DNA of 64,000 bases from NCBI GenBank assembly GCA_048886305.1, contig JBHLKV010000001.1:13039-77038 (forward strand), in the 5' to 3' direction. Of the stretch, positions 54,365-63,855 are shown in pieces. Source of the DNA: Candidatus Hodarchaeota archaeon. GTDB taxonomy: Archaea > Asgardarchaeota > Lokiarchaeia > Sigyniarchaeales > SOKP01. Under the pieces are notes generated by a model. It saw only the letters and a list, made by a program, of their open reading frames with translations, did no database searches and was not told the origin of the DNA. Position numbers and translations under genes: made by a program. The first letter of the stretch is position 1; the number at the start of each line of letters is the position of its first letter.

Positions 54365-57097
54365 TTAGAGTAATTTTAAATCTACCAGTAATTCATGATA
54401 TTTTTTCATGGATTCATTGTCTTCAGAATTTTTTATGAATCTTTTTTGATAAAATATTATATTTGGATATTTAATTTCTAAATCATTAAATAATTTAATC
54501 CAGCCATAAAAAACTTTCATATGTTCATAAACTTCGATATCTTCCTCGAAAGCTTTAATTTCTTGTTTTTCTTTAACATCTTTTGGTAAACTCTTATATT
54601 TTTTAATGCTGTACCCTTGATCTCGTAGTAATTTTATATTTACTCTTCTAATAAAAGATTCTAACCCCTCTCTCCAAAATATATATTTTTCATTGATTCG
54701 ATCAATAGACTCTTCTACTGCTTTAATTTCTTTTGGGTAGATCGTTTCATCTTTTTTAGTTAAAATCTTTTTTATGTTTAGAAATTCTAAATCGAATTTT
54801 TGAATATAAGAATCTACCATCTTTGAAAATTCATGTAAATTTGTATTATAATCATTAGCAAATAATACTTCATCACTAGAAAATGTTAATGAACTTTCAT
54901 CAAAATTACCTCTTAATTTACGTTTTTTAACTAAATCATCAAAAATATCTCTTAATAATTTGATTTCTTCTTCGGATAAGTCCTTACCATAAAAAAGATC
55001 GTGAAAAGAAAAAAGAAAATTATTTTCTAGCATTAATTTCCGAATTCCTCTTTCAGTATAAAAAATTATTTCATCTTCATTATTATAAAATATCCCTTTT
55101 AATTTACCATCTTTAAGTAAATCGTTGATTAAATTTTCAACTAAATCTGACGTTATCTCAAAAGTTCCCAAAGAAATATAATCAGCAGATCTCGATCTAT
55201 CGATTAAAGTATATTTGATATCATTTTTAGCATCCTCAATTTTTAATGGATTAAAAATTAAAGTATCTCCTTTCTTTAAATAAGTTAATCCTAAATCATT
55301 TAAAAACTCGATAAACTTATCATTTTCCATCCCTGTCTTTTCAAGATATTCACTTATTTTTATTTGTTCTTTCTCTATGATTTCTTCCCCAATTAAACGA
55401 AGATTTTCATCAATCTTTGTTAATATATGATTTTCTTCTATATTCAACTCATTTGCTAATTCAAAAATTTGCACTTTTTTTTCCTGTTCTTCAGGAATTA
55501 AACTAATCTCATCAATCCGCTCTTTTAAATATTTTGAATAGTAGAAAATTTCCTTACTTTTATCCCAAATCCCACTTCTCAAATCAATATTATGCTCTAA
55601 GATATCCATTAGTAATGTTTTTTTAATCAAATATTTGTCTGATACCTTATTTATATTAAAAAATCCAACCAACTTTGAATTTTCAATTTCTTTTTTCAAT
55701 TTTAACAGACCTAAGTTAGTTAACCACTGCGTTCCCTTATGAAAGTTAGTTAAATATTCTTTTGGTAAATTTTGAATTAATTTGATAAACTCTTTATCTA
55801 ATAATCTTTCTCGATACGATTTTAAGTCAATAATAATATTTTTAGCTGCTTCTGAATTAATTTGGTCATTTATTTTTTTTAATGAATAATAGGCATTCTT
55901 GTTTTTTCCAAGTAACAATTGTTCTTTCAAAGATTTTGCTATGACTTGAATAAGATCATACATAAATTGAGGTGGTAGATAATTATAATTTTTTAAATTA
56001 ACCATTCCATTTAATCGAAAATTATGTATTAATTGCGATTTTAGATAATCATAAGGATAGAAATTACCTAAATTTGAATAAAATCCGTTTATAATTTTCA
56101 AGTTAAGTAGTGTTTTTATAAAAATTTTTAATTCTGAATCGGTTTCGATTATTTGAGAAAATTGTTTAAAGATTTTTTCATTAGATATTTTTCTATCTTC
56201 TTTAAAAAAGTTAAGAAGCTTTTGCTTTTCAATCTCATAAATACAAATTATATCATCCTTTGATTTAGTATAGAAATAAACTTTTTCATCTTTAAGTAAA
56301 GAATTTTTAAAAAAGTTCATAAAATCTTTCAAATTTATTTCCTTTTCCTTAGAAATGGCTGTAAAGTTGATTTTTTTCATTAAAAACTGATTATCCAACA
56401 AGTTAATTAATTCTTTAAGTTTTTGATTTTCAAGATCATATTCTTTCAGAAATGGGTAAAATTTTTTAATAAGCTTTAACAATTCAACAAAGATTTTAGA
56501 GTTTTTTTCATGAAAATGTGATTTTATTAATAATTTTGAAGCTAATCTAAACTTATAGAGTTGATCAAAATTTAATTCAACACAATGACTTAGTAATTTT
56601 AATAAAGAAATAACATTTTCATCGCTCTTTTCAACTAAAAGGCTCTCTATAAATAAGCTTTTATTTGAAATGACTATTTCTTTATCTCTTTTAACTAATT
56701 GTAATAAAAAATAATGAATATTATCTCTAATATCCTTAGATTCATCTAATAAAAATTTAATAAATTCAAGTGAGTATTTATTATAGTATTTACTCTCAGC
56801 CATAATAGCAAATCCAATTAAAATAATTGAATTTATTTTAAGTTTACTATTATCAGAGTGGAGAAACCTTCCAACATGTTCAATTAATCTTTCAGAAATT
56901 AATTCAAAGTTTTTCTCTGCCAAAATACTCAAGATATAAGTTATAGGTATAGCAAGCGACTCTTGATTGATTAATAAATCTTCTAATTCATCAATTAATT
57001 TTGATACTTTTGCTATCTTATTCTTCTTTAAATACTGATTTAATTTATCAACAATTAAAATGAGATTATTGTTATCAAATTCTTCCAGATTGAACAT
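54365..57097 (-). CDS. large (910 aa) alpha-solenoid protein with C-terminal tandem winged-helix-like modules; function unknown
   Basis: The frame is open across 2.7 kb of AT-rich DNA. The N-terminal ~230 aa are HEAT/ARM-like. C-terminal segments such as LINDLLKDGKLKGIFYNNEDEIIFY and IFDDLVKKRKLRGNFDESSLTFSS look like PCI/UFL1-style WH wings. There are no nucleotide-binding or metal motifs. The ATG at 57097 is preferred over the TTG at 57103. Confidence 0.7.
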   Translation of the reverse strand: MFNLEEFDNNNLILIVDKLNQYLKKNKIAKVSKLIDELEDLLINQESLAIPITYILSILAEKNFELISERLIEHVGRFLHSDNSKLKINSIILIGFAIMAESKYYNKYSLEFIKFLLDESKDIRDNIHYFLLQLVKRDKEIVISNKSLFIESLLVEKSDENVISLLKLLSHCVELNFDQLYKFRLASKLLIKSHFHEKNSKIFVELLKLIKKFYPFLKEYDLENQKLKELINLLDNQFLMKKINFTAISKEKEINLKDFMNFFKNSLLKDEKVYFYTKSKDDIICIYEIEKQKLLNFFKEDRKISNEKIFKQFSQIIETDSELKIFIKTLLNLKIINGFYSNLGNFYPYDYLKSQLIHNFRLNGMVNLKNYNYLPPQFMYDLIQVIAKSLKEQLLLGKNKNAYYSLKKINDQINSEAAKNIIIDLKSYRERLLDKEFIKLIQNLPKEYLTNFHKGTQWLTNLGLLKLKKEIENSKLVGFFNINKVSDKYLIKKTLLMDILEHNIDLRSGIWDKSKEIFYYSKYLKERIDEISLIPEEQEKKVQIFELANELNIEENHILTKIDENLRLIGEEIIEKEQIKISEYLEKTGMENDKFIEFLNDLGLTYLKKGDTLIFNPLKIEDAKNDIKYTLIDRSRSADYISLGTFEITSDLVENLINDLLKDGKLKGIFYNNEDEIIFYTERGIRKLMLENNFLFSFHDLFYGKDLSEEEIKLLRDIFDDLVKKRKLRGNFDESSLTFSSDEVLFANDYNTNLHEFSKMVDSYIQKFDLEFLNIKKILTKKDETIYPKEIKAVEESIDRINEKYIFWREGLESFIRRVNIKLLRDQGYSIKKYKSLPKDVKEKQEIKAFEEDIEVYEHMKVFYGWIKLFNDLEIKYPNIIFYQKRFIKNSEDNESMKKYHELLVDLKLL

Positions 57098-57116
57098 ATG
57101 CAAAAATCTTAAATGA

Positions 57117-57845
57117 TTAATGAATTAAGTATTTTTTGAATGTTTCAATTTCTAAAATGTTCTTAATATCTTGAAGAATAATCATTGGCTTGGATTTCTC
57201 TAAGTCGTTCTTATTACCATGACCAGAGAGTAAAGCAATACTATTCACTCCTGCATTTTTAGCACATTCAATATCAGGAGGTAAATCTCCAATATAAAAC
57301 ACATTTTCTTTATTTATCGAAGAAATTTTAAATTCTTTTTTAATTTTATTCAAAGCTACTATGATTGGATATGGGTTTGGTTTTCTATATAGAGAATTAT
57401 CTCGAGAAATGAAAACAGAAAAGAATTTATCTAAATTAAGTCTACTTCTAAAATTATTTAGCCTTTCTCTACTTGTATTTGATACAATTCCCATAGGGAT
57501 ACCTCTTTTTTTGAATTCAATTAAAATTTCTTCTAAATTTTGCGTTAATGTTTCATATTTTTCATATTTAGGATAAGATCGTCTGAATTTGATGAAAAAT
57601 AAAAATCTTCTCCATCTACTAGGGATATAATCCTTATATACCTTGTACACATTTATTAATGCTTTAATTCTATTTTTTGAATCAGCTTCTTCAAATAAAC
57701 GAGCTAAATCAATTAGCCTTAAATTTTCTATATTTTGCCACTTATAGAATTTTTTTCTTAAATATTTTAATGCTGTATACTCGAGAGCTTTTTGAGTTAT
57801 GATTACACCGTCAAAATCAAATAAAAGAATTGGAGGGTGAGACAT
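57117..57845 (-). CDS. HAD-superfamily hydrolase, subfamily IA (phosphoglycolate phosphatase-like)
   Basis: LLFDFDGVI, VSNTSRE, KP and GDLPPDIECAKNAG. Confidence 0.8.
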   Translation of the reverse strand: MSHPPILLFDFDGVIITQKALEYTALKYLRKKFYKWQNIENLRLIDLARLFEEADSKNRIKALINVYKVYKDYIPSRWRRFLFFIKFRRSYPKYEKYETLTQNLEEILIEFKKRGIPMGIVSNTSRERLNNFRSRLNLDKFFSVFISRDNSLYRKPNPYPIIVALNKIKKEFKISSINKENVFYIGDLPPDIECAKNAGVNSIALLSGHGNKNDLEKSKPMIILQDIKNILEIETFKKYLIH

Positions 57846-57995
57846 AATGTGTGTTTTAAAAGTCAGATTTTAAACTTAAATTTAATCATTATCATCATAT
57901 AAAATAGAATATTAAAAAAAAAAATAAAAAAAAACAAAACAATAAAAATAAAAAAGTAAATTTAAATTAATCATTGAGTTATTCAGAGATGAAAA

Positions 57996-58664
57996 TCATG
58001 AGTCTATCTCGTCGGGTTCAACACTAACATGAGATAACAGCCAATCGATTTGTTCTTCTTTTTTTTTGATATTAAGAACTGTTGGTAAATAAATAACTTC
58101 ATCTGCTCTTCCTGGCAATAAAGTCATTGAACCTGCTCTGAGTAAAAAATACTCAAAAACATCAGGAATTTCTTTTTTTAGACGTAGGCTTTTTACTGGA
58201 AATCTTTCAGCAGAGCTAAAAATACCAGATTTATGGTATATTTCGTTCCGTTCTAATTTCCAATAATCAAATCTTGCACTAAGCATAACGAATCCTAAAA
58301 TAAGTGCAAGGATTATTGTGGTAACAAGATAAAAGCCTTCAGTTAATCCTAGATTGAAATCTCCAAAATCTATATCCACAGCAAGATTGGGTAAAACAAA
58401 AAATGCTACGAGTAATAATCCAATGACTACTACCAGAATCAAGACAAAGAATTTAGTCGAAGAAAAGTCAAAAGCGGTTATGAATAGATTTGTGAAAAAT
58501 ACAATCATCCATACTGTTCCTAACCAACCGACAGGTTCGTCACTAAAAAGCTGAATTATCCACCAAAAAAATGAAACCACAAGTAACGGCCAAAAGAATA
58601 TAATTTTAGGATATGATCTTAGATAGATCTCAGTTGGGTATTTAGGTTTTTTTTTTTCAGACAT
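57996..58664 (-). CDS. membrane protein with C-terminal bacterial-PH (bPH_2/YdbS-like) domain
   Basis: Four TM helices, then YWKLERNEIYHKSGIFSSAERFPVKSL..IPDVFEY.. It is a paralogue of the next gene. Confidence 0.65.
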   Translation of the reverse strand: MSEKKKPKYPTEIYLRSYPKIIFFWPLLVVSFFWWIIQLFSDEPVGWLGTVWMIVFFTNLFITAFDFSSTKFFVLILVVVIGLLLVAFFVLPNLAVDIDFGDFNLGLTEGFYLVTTIILALILGFVMLSARFDYWKLERNEIYHKSGIFSSAERFPVKSLRLKKEIPDVFEYFLLRAGSMTLLPGRADEVIYLPTVLNIKKKEEQIDWLLSHVSVEPDEIDS

Positions 58665-58881
58665 AAATTTTCACTATTTTTTTAAAAGTTTTTAATTAAA
58701 ATAAAGGGATTATTAAAATAAAAGATAGATGTGTTATTTAAATATTGTTATCATTTTGATCTGACTTAAAAGCAATAATAATATCTTAATTACTAACCTA
58801 CTTTATCTATATATTTTAAATTAGGAAAGAACATACATATATTTTGACTGATAGATATCTGGATATCTTATTATTGAAGAC

Positions 58882-59562
58882 TTAATCAACTACAACTTGG
58901 AGATGACTTAAAAGATCATCAATTTGCTTAGTTTTTTTCTTAACGTTCAAGACTGTATTAAGAATAACGATTTTATTTTTCCATATCAAACTAATAGTAC
59001 CTGCTTTTAACATCATATATTCAAATAAATCTGGGATTTCTTTCTTGATCCTTAAACCTCTAACTGGAAATCGCTCAGTTGATAAAGAAAACATGCCTTT
59101 CTTATGATAAACTTCATTTCTCTCAATTTTATAGTAATCAAATCTAGTAGTAATAAAAATTAGTCCTAAAATCAACCCTAAAATTATGGTCATTATCATG
59201 TAGAACTCTGCTGGAAGTCCAAGATTAAATTCCTCCCCAAGAATTCCTTCTTGTTCCAAAATAGGAATTAAACTAAAAAAGATAACTAACAAAACAGCGA
59301 TAACAGTAATAAGAATTAGAATTAAGACCCTATATGATGGAAAATCTAATACAGTTACACTAAAATTCGAAAAAAATATAATTACCCAAATACCACCTAG
59401 CCACGGATTTAATTCCTTTAGAAATGCTTGAATTATCCAAAATAGTATCGATATTACAAACAAAGGTAAGAAAAATATTCCTTTTGAAAAATTTCTTAAA
59501 ACTATTGTTTCCTTTTCCAATAAACTATTACTTTTATTGTTAGTTTCTTCCATAATAATCAT
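58882..59562 (-). CDS. membrane protein with C-terminal bacterial-PH (bPH_2/YdbS-like) domain, paralogue
   Basis: Same architecture, with YYKIERNEVYHKKGMFSLSTERFPVRGL..IPDLFEY. Confidence 0.65.
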   Translation of the reverse strand: MIIMEETNNKSNSLLEKETIVLRNFSKGIFFLPLFVISILFWIIQAFLKELNPWLGGIWVIIFFSNFSVTVLDFPSYRVLILILITVIAVLLVIFFSLIPILEQEGILGEEFNLGLPAEFYMIMTIILGLILGLIFITTRFDYYKIERNEVYHKKGMFSLSTERFPVRGLRIKKEIPDLFEYMMLKAGTISLIWKNKIVILNTVLNVKKKTKQIDDLLSHLQVVVD

Positions 59563-59657
59563 ATTCTAATTTAAATTTTAAAATAATAGGGATTTAATTA
59601 AAAATCTATATAACACTTACATTAAAAAAAATTTCTATTTTTTAACTAAGAATTTTT

Positions 59658-60407
59658 TTAATAAAATGATCTAACTGATTGAACCATCCGATATGAAAGT
59701 TCTATTTGTTGATTTCCATTTTCGCTAATACCCATATGTCCAGGAAGTAGGTATTTTACATCCAAATTATTCACGAAATTTATTGATTCGACTAATTTAT
59801 TAAGGGATCCTCCAGGAAAATCATATCTCCCAAAACTCCCTCCTGTAAATACTAAATCTCCCGGTATCAATATTTTATGATTTGGATCATAATAACTTAT
59901 CGAACCAAGAGAATGTCCAGGAGTATAATGAATCTGAAAAGAAAAACCAGGAAAAATTTGAGTTTCAACTAAGCCAATAAGATTTATAATTTCTAATGGT
60001 TCTATTTTTATACCAAACATTTCAGGTCCAATTCCCCAATCTCCAGGGAAGATTTTAGATTCATTACCCTCCTTTAATATATTAGCAGTATCACCATAAG
60101 CGAATATTTTAGGAGGATTATCTTTCATTACTTCCAATATTTTATACACTCCTAGAACATGGTCAACATGTTCATGTGTGAGATATACCTTAGTTATATT
60201 ATTTGGATCTAAATTCAATTTTTTCATACCATCAAATAAACCTTTTAAACTTGCCCCATTGCCAGTATCAAATAAAGCAAGTTCATCAGATGTTTGATCG
60301 GCAATAATATATTGATTGCAATCGAGTATTTGGTTTTCTGGGAAATAATATAAATCATTAAAGACTTTTCTTCCTTCTTTAATTTTATTACTTCTAGGTA
60401 TATGCAT
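59658..60407 (-). CDS. metallo-beta-lactamase-fold hydrolase
   Basis: LTHEHVDHV (HxHxDH), HYTPGHS and GDLVF..G motifs. Confidence 0.85.
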   Translation of the reverse strand: MHIPRSNKIKEGRKVFNDLYYFPENQILDCNQYIIADQTSDELALFDTGNGASLKGLFDGMKKLNLDPNNITKVYLTHEHVDHVLGVYKILEVMKDNPPKIFAYGDTANILKEGNESKIFPGDWGIGPEMFGIKIEPLEIINLIGLVETQIFPGFSFQIHYTPGHSLGSISYYDPNHKILIPGDLVFTGGSFGRYDFPGGSLNKLVESINFVNNLDVKYLLPGHMGISENGNQQIELSYRMVQSVRSFY

Positions 60408-60513
60408 AAATTCAAACCATTAATTAATAAAAAATTAAAAATCTCCTAACTTTAATCTTTTTCTGTAAGAGATATAATAAAATAATTAAATAATCTAAAA
60501 ATAATTAATAATT

Positions 60514-60894
60514 ATGTCTAAAGAACCCAAAATTGAAGATTTAAAATCTAAAATACGCTTTGGTATTAAAATCTGGTTAGAATTCGAAAATAAAAGTATA
60601 TTGGGTTCAGGGTGGGCGAATTTGCTTCAGAATCTCGAAAAAAATAAAGAGGGGTCATTGACTCAAGCAGCAAAAGAGTGTAATTACTCATATAAGTATG
60701 CTTGGAATATATTAAAGAGGATTGAGAAGAGAACAGGTATGAGCCCTGTTGATACTAGTAAAGGTGGGAGTGGAGGAGGTGGTTGGGTAAAATTAAATGC
60801 ATGGGGGCGATACCTCTTAAAGAGCTATAATGAATATCTAGAAGAAATTAGAAAAGCTGAGAAGAGGCTCGGTGAAATGATGAAGATTAATTAA
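60514..60894 (+). CDS. ModE-N-terminal-type (LysR-like) winged-HTH protein
   Basis: GSLTQAAKECNYSYKYAWNILKRIE....G.SPVDTSKGGSGGGGWVKLNAWGRYLL parallels the ModE N-domain (GSISAAAR..MSYRRAW..GGKGGGGA.LT). There is no Mop domain. Confidence 0.65.
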   Translation: MSKEPKIEDLKSKIRFGIKIWLEFENKSILGSGWANLLQNLEKNKEGSLTQAAKECNYSYKYAWNILKRIEKRTGMSPVDTSKGGSGGGGWVKLNAWGRYLLKSYNEYLEEIRKAEKRLGEMMKIN

Positions 60895-60964
60895 TAATTA
60901 CATTTTAATTTTTAAATTGATTATTTCTAACAAAGGATTAGAATTAAATTACTAATTTAACAGA

Positions 60965-61393
60965 ATGGTAGAAGATCAATTAAATAATTTCGGAGAAGTT
61001 AAAGTATCTGAGATTATGGTAAAAAATCCACTTTACACGACTCCTAATGAAAAAATCAGTACAACAGAACTTTTAATGTTAAGAAAAAATATTGGTGGTC
61101 TTCCTGTTGTAAAAAATTCTACGAAAAAACAACTAGTTGGAATTATTACACAAAGAGACATCCGATTAGCTAGATTTGCTATGAGTTTAGAATCTCCAAA
61201 TAAAACTGTTAAAGATTTAATGACTCCAGAACCATTTATCGTTAAAAAGGATACCACTATAAAGCAGGCTTTAACGCTAATGTTTGATAAAAACATTGAA
61301 CGTTTACCAGTAGTAAATGAGAATAATGAACTAATTGGATTATTATTACAAACCAATATTCTCAAATCATTATTAGAACATCTAAAACTATAG
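60965..61393 (+). CDS. CBS-domain pair protein
   Basis: Two CBS repeats: GGLPVV..LVGIITQRDI and ERLPVVNENNELIGLL. Confidence 0.85.
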   Translation: MVEDQLNNFGEVKVSEIMVKNPLYTTPNEKISTTELLMLRKNIGGLPVVKNSTKKQLVGIITQRDIRLARFAMSLESPNKTVKDLMTPEPFIVKKDTTIKQALTLMFDKNIERLPVVNENNELIGLLLQTNILKSLLEHLKL

Positions 61394-61553
61394 TTCTATA
61401 AAATAAATATCATATCTCATTTTACGAAAAATTTCTGTGTAAAAAGAAATATAATTAAGAAAATTTTATTATTATAATATTATAATATCATTAGATTAAA
61501 GAAATATTAACGATTATTAGGAAATTAGAATAGAAAAACAATTTTGATCTAGG

Positions 61554-63083
61554 ATGGCAATACCTCTACCCGGAACACCAATTATAATTGACATTGGCTC
61601 AGCATATGTAAAAATAGGTTTTGCTGGAGAACCTAGTCCTAGATTTGTATTTCCATGCATTACTGGAACTGAAAAATATAAAGCAGTATTAGTCGACGTT
61701 GGAGCGCGCAATATATATGTTGGAAATGATGCAGAACGTATGCGGGGCGTTTTAAAAATAAAATATCCAATCCAGAGAGGGACAATTATGGATTGGGATA
61801 GTTACTATGAGATTTTAAACTATATCTTTTATACATTATTAAGAATTGACAATCTTTATGAATATCCTGTTTTTTATACTGAAGCGCCGTTTGTACAAAA
61901 AGAAACTAAAGAATATATTGCACGAGTTCTTTTTGAAACGCATAGAGTTAAAAGTTTAATGATGATGCCAACACCTTTATTATCTATATTTAGTGTTGGT
62001 CTCACATCAGGTTTGGTTATAGAAAGTGGTGATGGATTAACTTGGGTTGTTCCAGTTATTAATGGACAAATTGTTCATCAAGCAGTCCAACAAATAAAGC
62101 TTGCGGGTGTTGATGTTAATCAAAACCTAAAAAATCTATTAATGAGAGAAGGAATAAGTATAGCATCTTCAGCTGTTGATGAGATAATTCGAGAAATTAA
62201 GGAAAAAAATTGTCATTTTATTTTAGATCCTCAAAAATCTCCTACTGCAGGGGATAAATTAAGTTATAATATGCCTGATGGATCGAGTATAAAAATCCCT
62301 AGTCATATCCTCTATGAAGCTCCTGAAGTTTTATTTAACCCTGGTATGTTAGGATATGGGAATGTTGCAAGTATTCAAGACGCAGTTATTTCTTGTTTGA
62401 AAATTATGGATAAACAATATTGGAGTGAACTTTTATCTCATATAGTATTTTCGGGAGGGAATCTTTCATATAGTGGTTTTCAAGAAAGATTTGAATCAGA
62501 ATTAGATAATCTACTTCCTCAATTGGGACGTATTCCTAAACCAGTTACTCCAATGTCCGAAGTGAAAAGTGAATTAATAAAATTACAAGCAATGGAAATA
62601 AAAAAGAAAAGAGAAGATACATGTCCTCAATGCGGAGCTTACGTGGATTTAAGTACTGGAATAGAATATTGTCCCTCTTGCAATGCTCGTATGGTTGTAC
62701 CTGAAATAAAAATTGGTCCCGAACCAGAGAAAGATAAAAAAATGGAAGAAGGAGTTACAGTTAGATGTCCAAAATGTAAAAAAGAAATCACGGATCCTTC
62801 TTCGGTTTTCTGTCCTTATTGTGGAAGAGCCATCGAGGAATTAGAGAAAGTCGGTATTCCTGAAAAAGTTAGTAAAAAAACTGCTGCTAAAGAATTTTCT
62901 GAATTTTTTGAATCTGCAAATAAGCTTCTTAGATTTTTTGTTCCAGATAATCTTCATTATGCTATTTTCAATGGAGCAGCAATATTAGGTAGTCTCCCTA
63001 GTTTTTTACAACTTTTCATTACTCATGAACAATTCCAATCAGATAGAGCTTTATTATATCGAGATATCAGTGAAATCCTTTAA
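61554..63083 (+). CDS. actin-family (actin/ARP-like) protein with an inserted double zinc ribbon
   Basis: Phosphate-1 IIIDIGSAYVKIGFAGEPSPRFVFP, phosphate-2 LVIESGDGLTWVVPVINGQ and adenosine motif HIVFSGGNLSYSGFQERFESEL. The C-terminal YAIFNGAAILGSL parallels actin YSVWIGGSILASL. The insert carries CPQCG-x12-CPSC and CPKC-x13-CPYCG (nt 62622-62822). Confidence 0.9.
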   Translation: MAIPLPGTPIIIDIGSAYVKIGFAGEPSPRFVFPCITGTEKYKAVLVDVGARNIYVGNDAERMRGVLKIKYPIQRGTIMDWDSYYEILNYIFYTLLRIDNLYEYPVFYTEAPFVQKETKEYIARVLFETHRVKSLMMMPTPLLSIFSVGLTSGLVIESGDGLTWVVPVINGQIVHQAVQQIKLAGVDVNQNLKNLLMREGISIASSAVDEIIREIKEKNCHFILDPQKSPTAGDKLSYNMPDGSSIKIPSHILYEAPEVLFNPGMLGYGNVASIQDAVISCLKIMDKQYWSELLSHIVFSGGNLSYSGFQERFESELDNLLPQLGRIPKPVTPMSEVKSELIKLQAMEIKKKREDTCPQCGAYVDLSTGIEYCPSCNARMVVPEIKIGPEPEKDKKMEEGVTVRCPKCKKEITDPSSVFCPYCGRAIEELEKVGIPEKVSKKTAAKEFSEFFESANKLLRFFVPDNLHYAIFNGAAILGSLPSFLQLFITHEQFQSDRALLYRDISEIL

Positions 63084-63186
63084 ACTGAAAAATAGTTTTA
63101 ACAGATATTTTAATATAATTTATCTTACTCTATTTAACTTGAAATTACTATAGAATAAAAACAAAAAAAATTAGAGGATTTGGACG

Positions 63187-63660
63187 TTGAATATTAAACC
63201 TTTTGAAAACGTTAAAGATCAGATTGGATATTGTGGAATTTGGTGTGGCAGTTGTGTAGTGGGGAATGGAATTTTAAGGGAATTAACTAAAAGATATGAG
63301 GAAATCATTAAAAATTATGGTTTGGAAAATTGGGCTCCAAAAGGCTTTAATTTCAATGAATTTTTGGAGGGAATTGATTTGATAAGATCTATACCTTTAT
63401 GTCAAGGGTGCTTAGAGGGTGGAGGAAGGTCAGATTGTGAAATTAGAGGTTGTGCGGTGAATAAAAAATTAAATGATTGTAGTGAATGTAATCAATCTGC
63501 CACGTGTGAGAATTCTGAAATACTTAATTATATGAGGTCAGGTGCTCATGATGCAGGTCTTTTTATTAAAAATGAGAACGTGGATCGTCAAAACCTCATG
63601 AAAAAGTGGATTATTGAACTAAAAGGGAAATGGCCTTATTATATTTTGTTCTTACCGTAA
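63187..63660 (+). CDS. Cys-rich DUF3795-like protein
   Basis: CGIWCGSC...CQGC....CEIRGC......CSEC....C pattern. The TTG start is preceded by GAGGAT ~8 nt upstream. Confidence 0.65.
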   Translation: MNIKPFENVKDQIGYCGIWCGSCVVGNGILRELTKRYEEIIKNYGLENWAPKGFNFNEFLEGIDLIRSIPLCQGCLEGGGRSDCEIRGCAVNKKLNDCSECNQSATCENSEILNYMRSGAHDAGLFIKNENVDRQNLMKKWIIELKGKWPYYILFLP

Positions 63661-63855
63661 AAGAGTTATTTTTATTCTTCTATTTAAAATTTTTTTCATT
63701 TATGTCTTAATGATTAGGAGAAAAGGAAATTTACAATATTCTTTTATATTGAAATTTCAATACAAATTCAATTAAATATAGTTAATTTTTAATTCCAAGT
63801 TAAATTTTAGAAATTAAAATTTAGTAATACAGTATCATATTAAGGTTTTCTATAA

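Noticed and set aside
57890-57965. A long A-rich tract (runs of 9-12 A) between the HAD gene and the bPH gene.
   Set aside because: It is simple homopolymeric spacer typical of AT-rich genomes. On the minus strand it reads as T-runs downstream of the HAD gene, consistent with ordinary archaeal oligo-T termination. Nothing further is supported.
483-61711. About 35 short antisense or overlapping ORFs in the supplied track, for example 483-680, 1903-2250, 2436-2756, 11626-11907, 25138-25323, 32343-32690, 37817-38101, 42534-42815, 46696-47100, 53097-53384, 61033-61365 and 61517-61711.
   Set aside because: Each lies inside a longer ORF on the other strand or frame that has clear family motifs. 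Their translations are low-complexity (Ser/Ile/Phe-rich) with no recognisable domains.
63747-63762. A perfect 16-bp palindrome TATTGAAATTTCAATA in the spacer before the last partial ORF, plus the smaller ATTCTAGAAT at 39949-39958 upstream of the JAMM gene.
   Set aside because: My rough expectation is ~3 such 16-bp palindromes per 64 kb at this composition, and many more 10-mers. That is not distinguishable from chance without comparative data.
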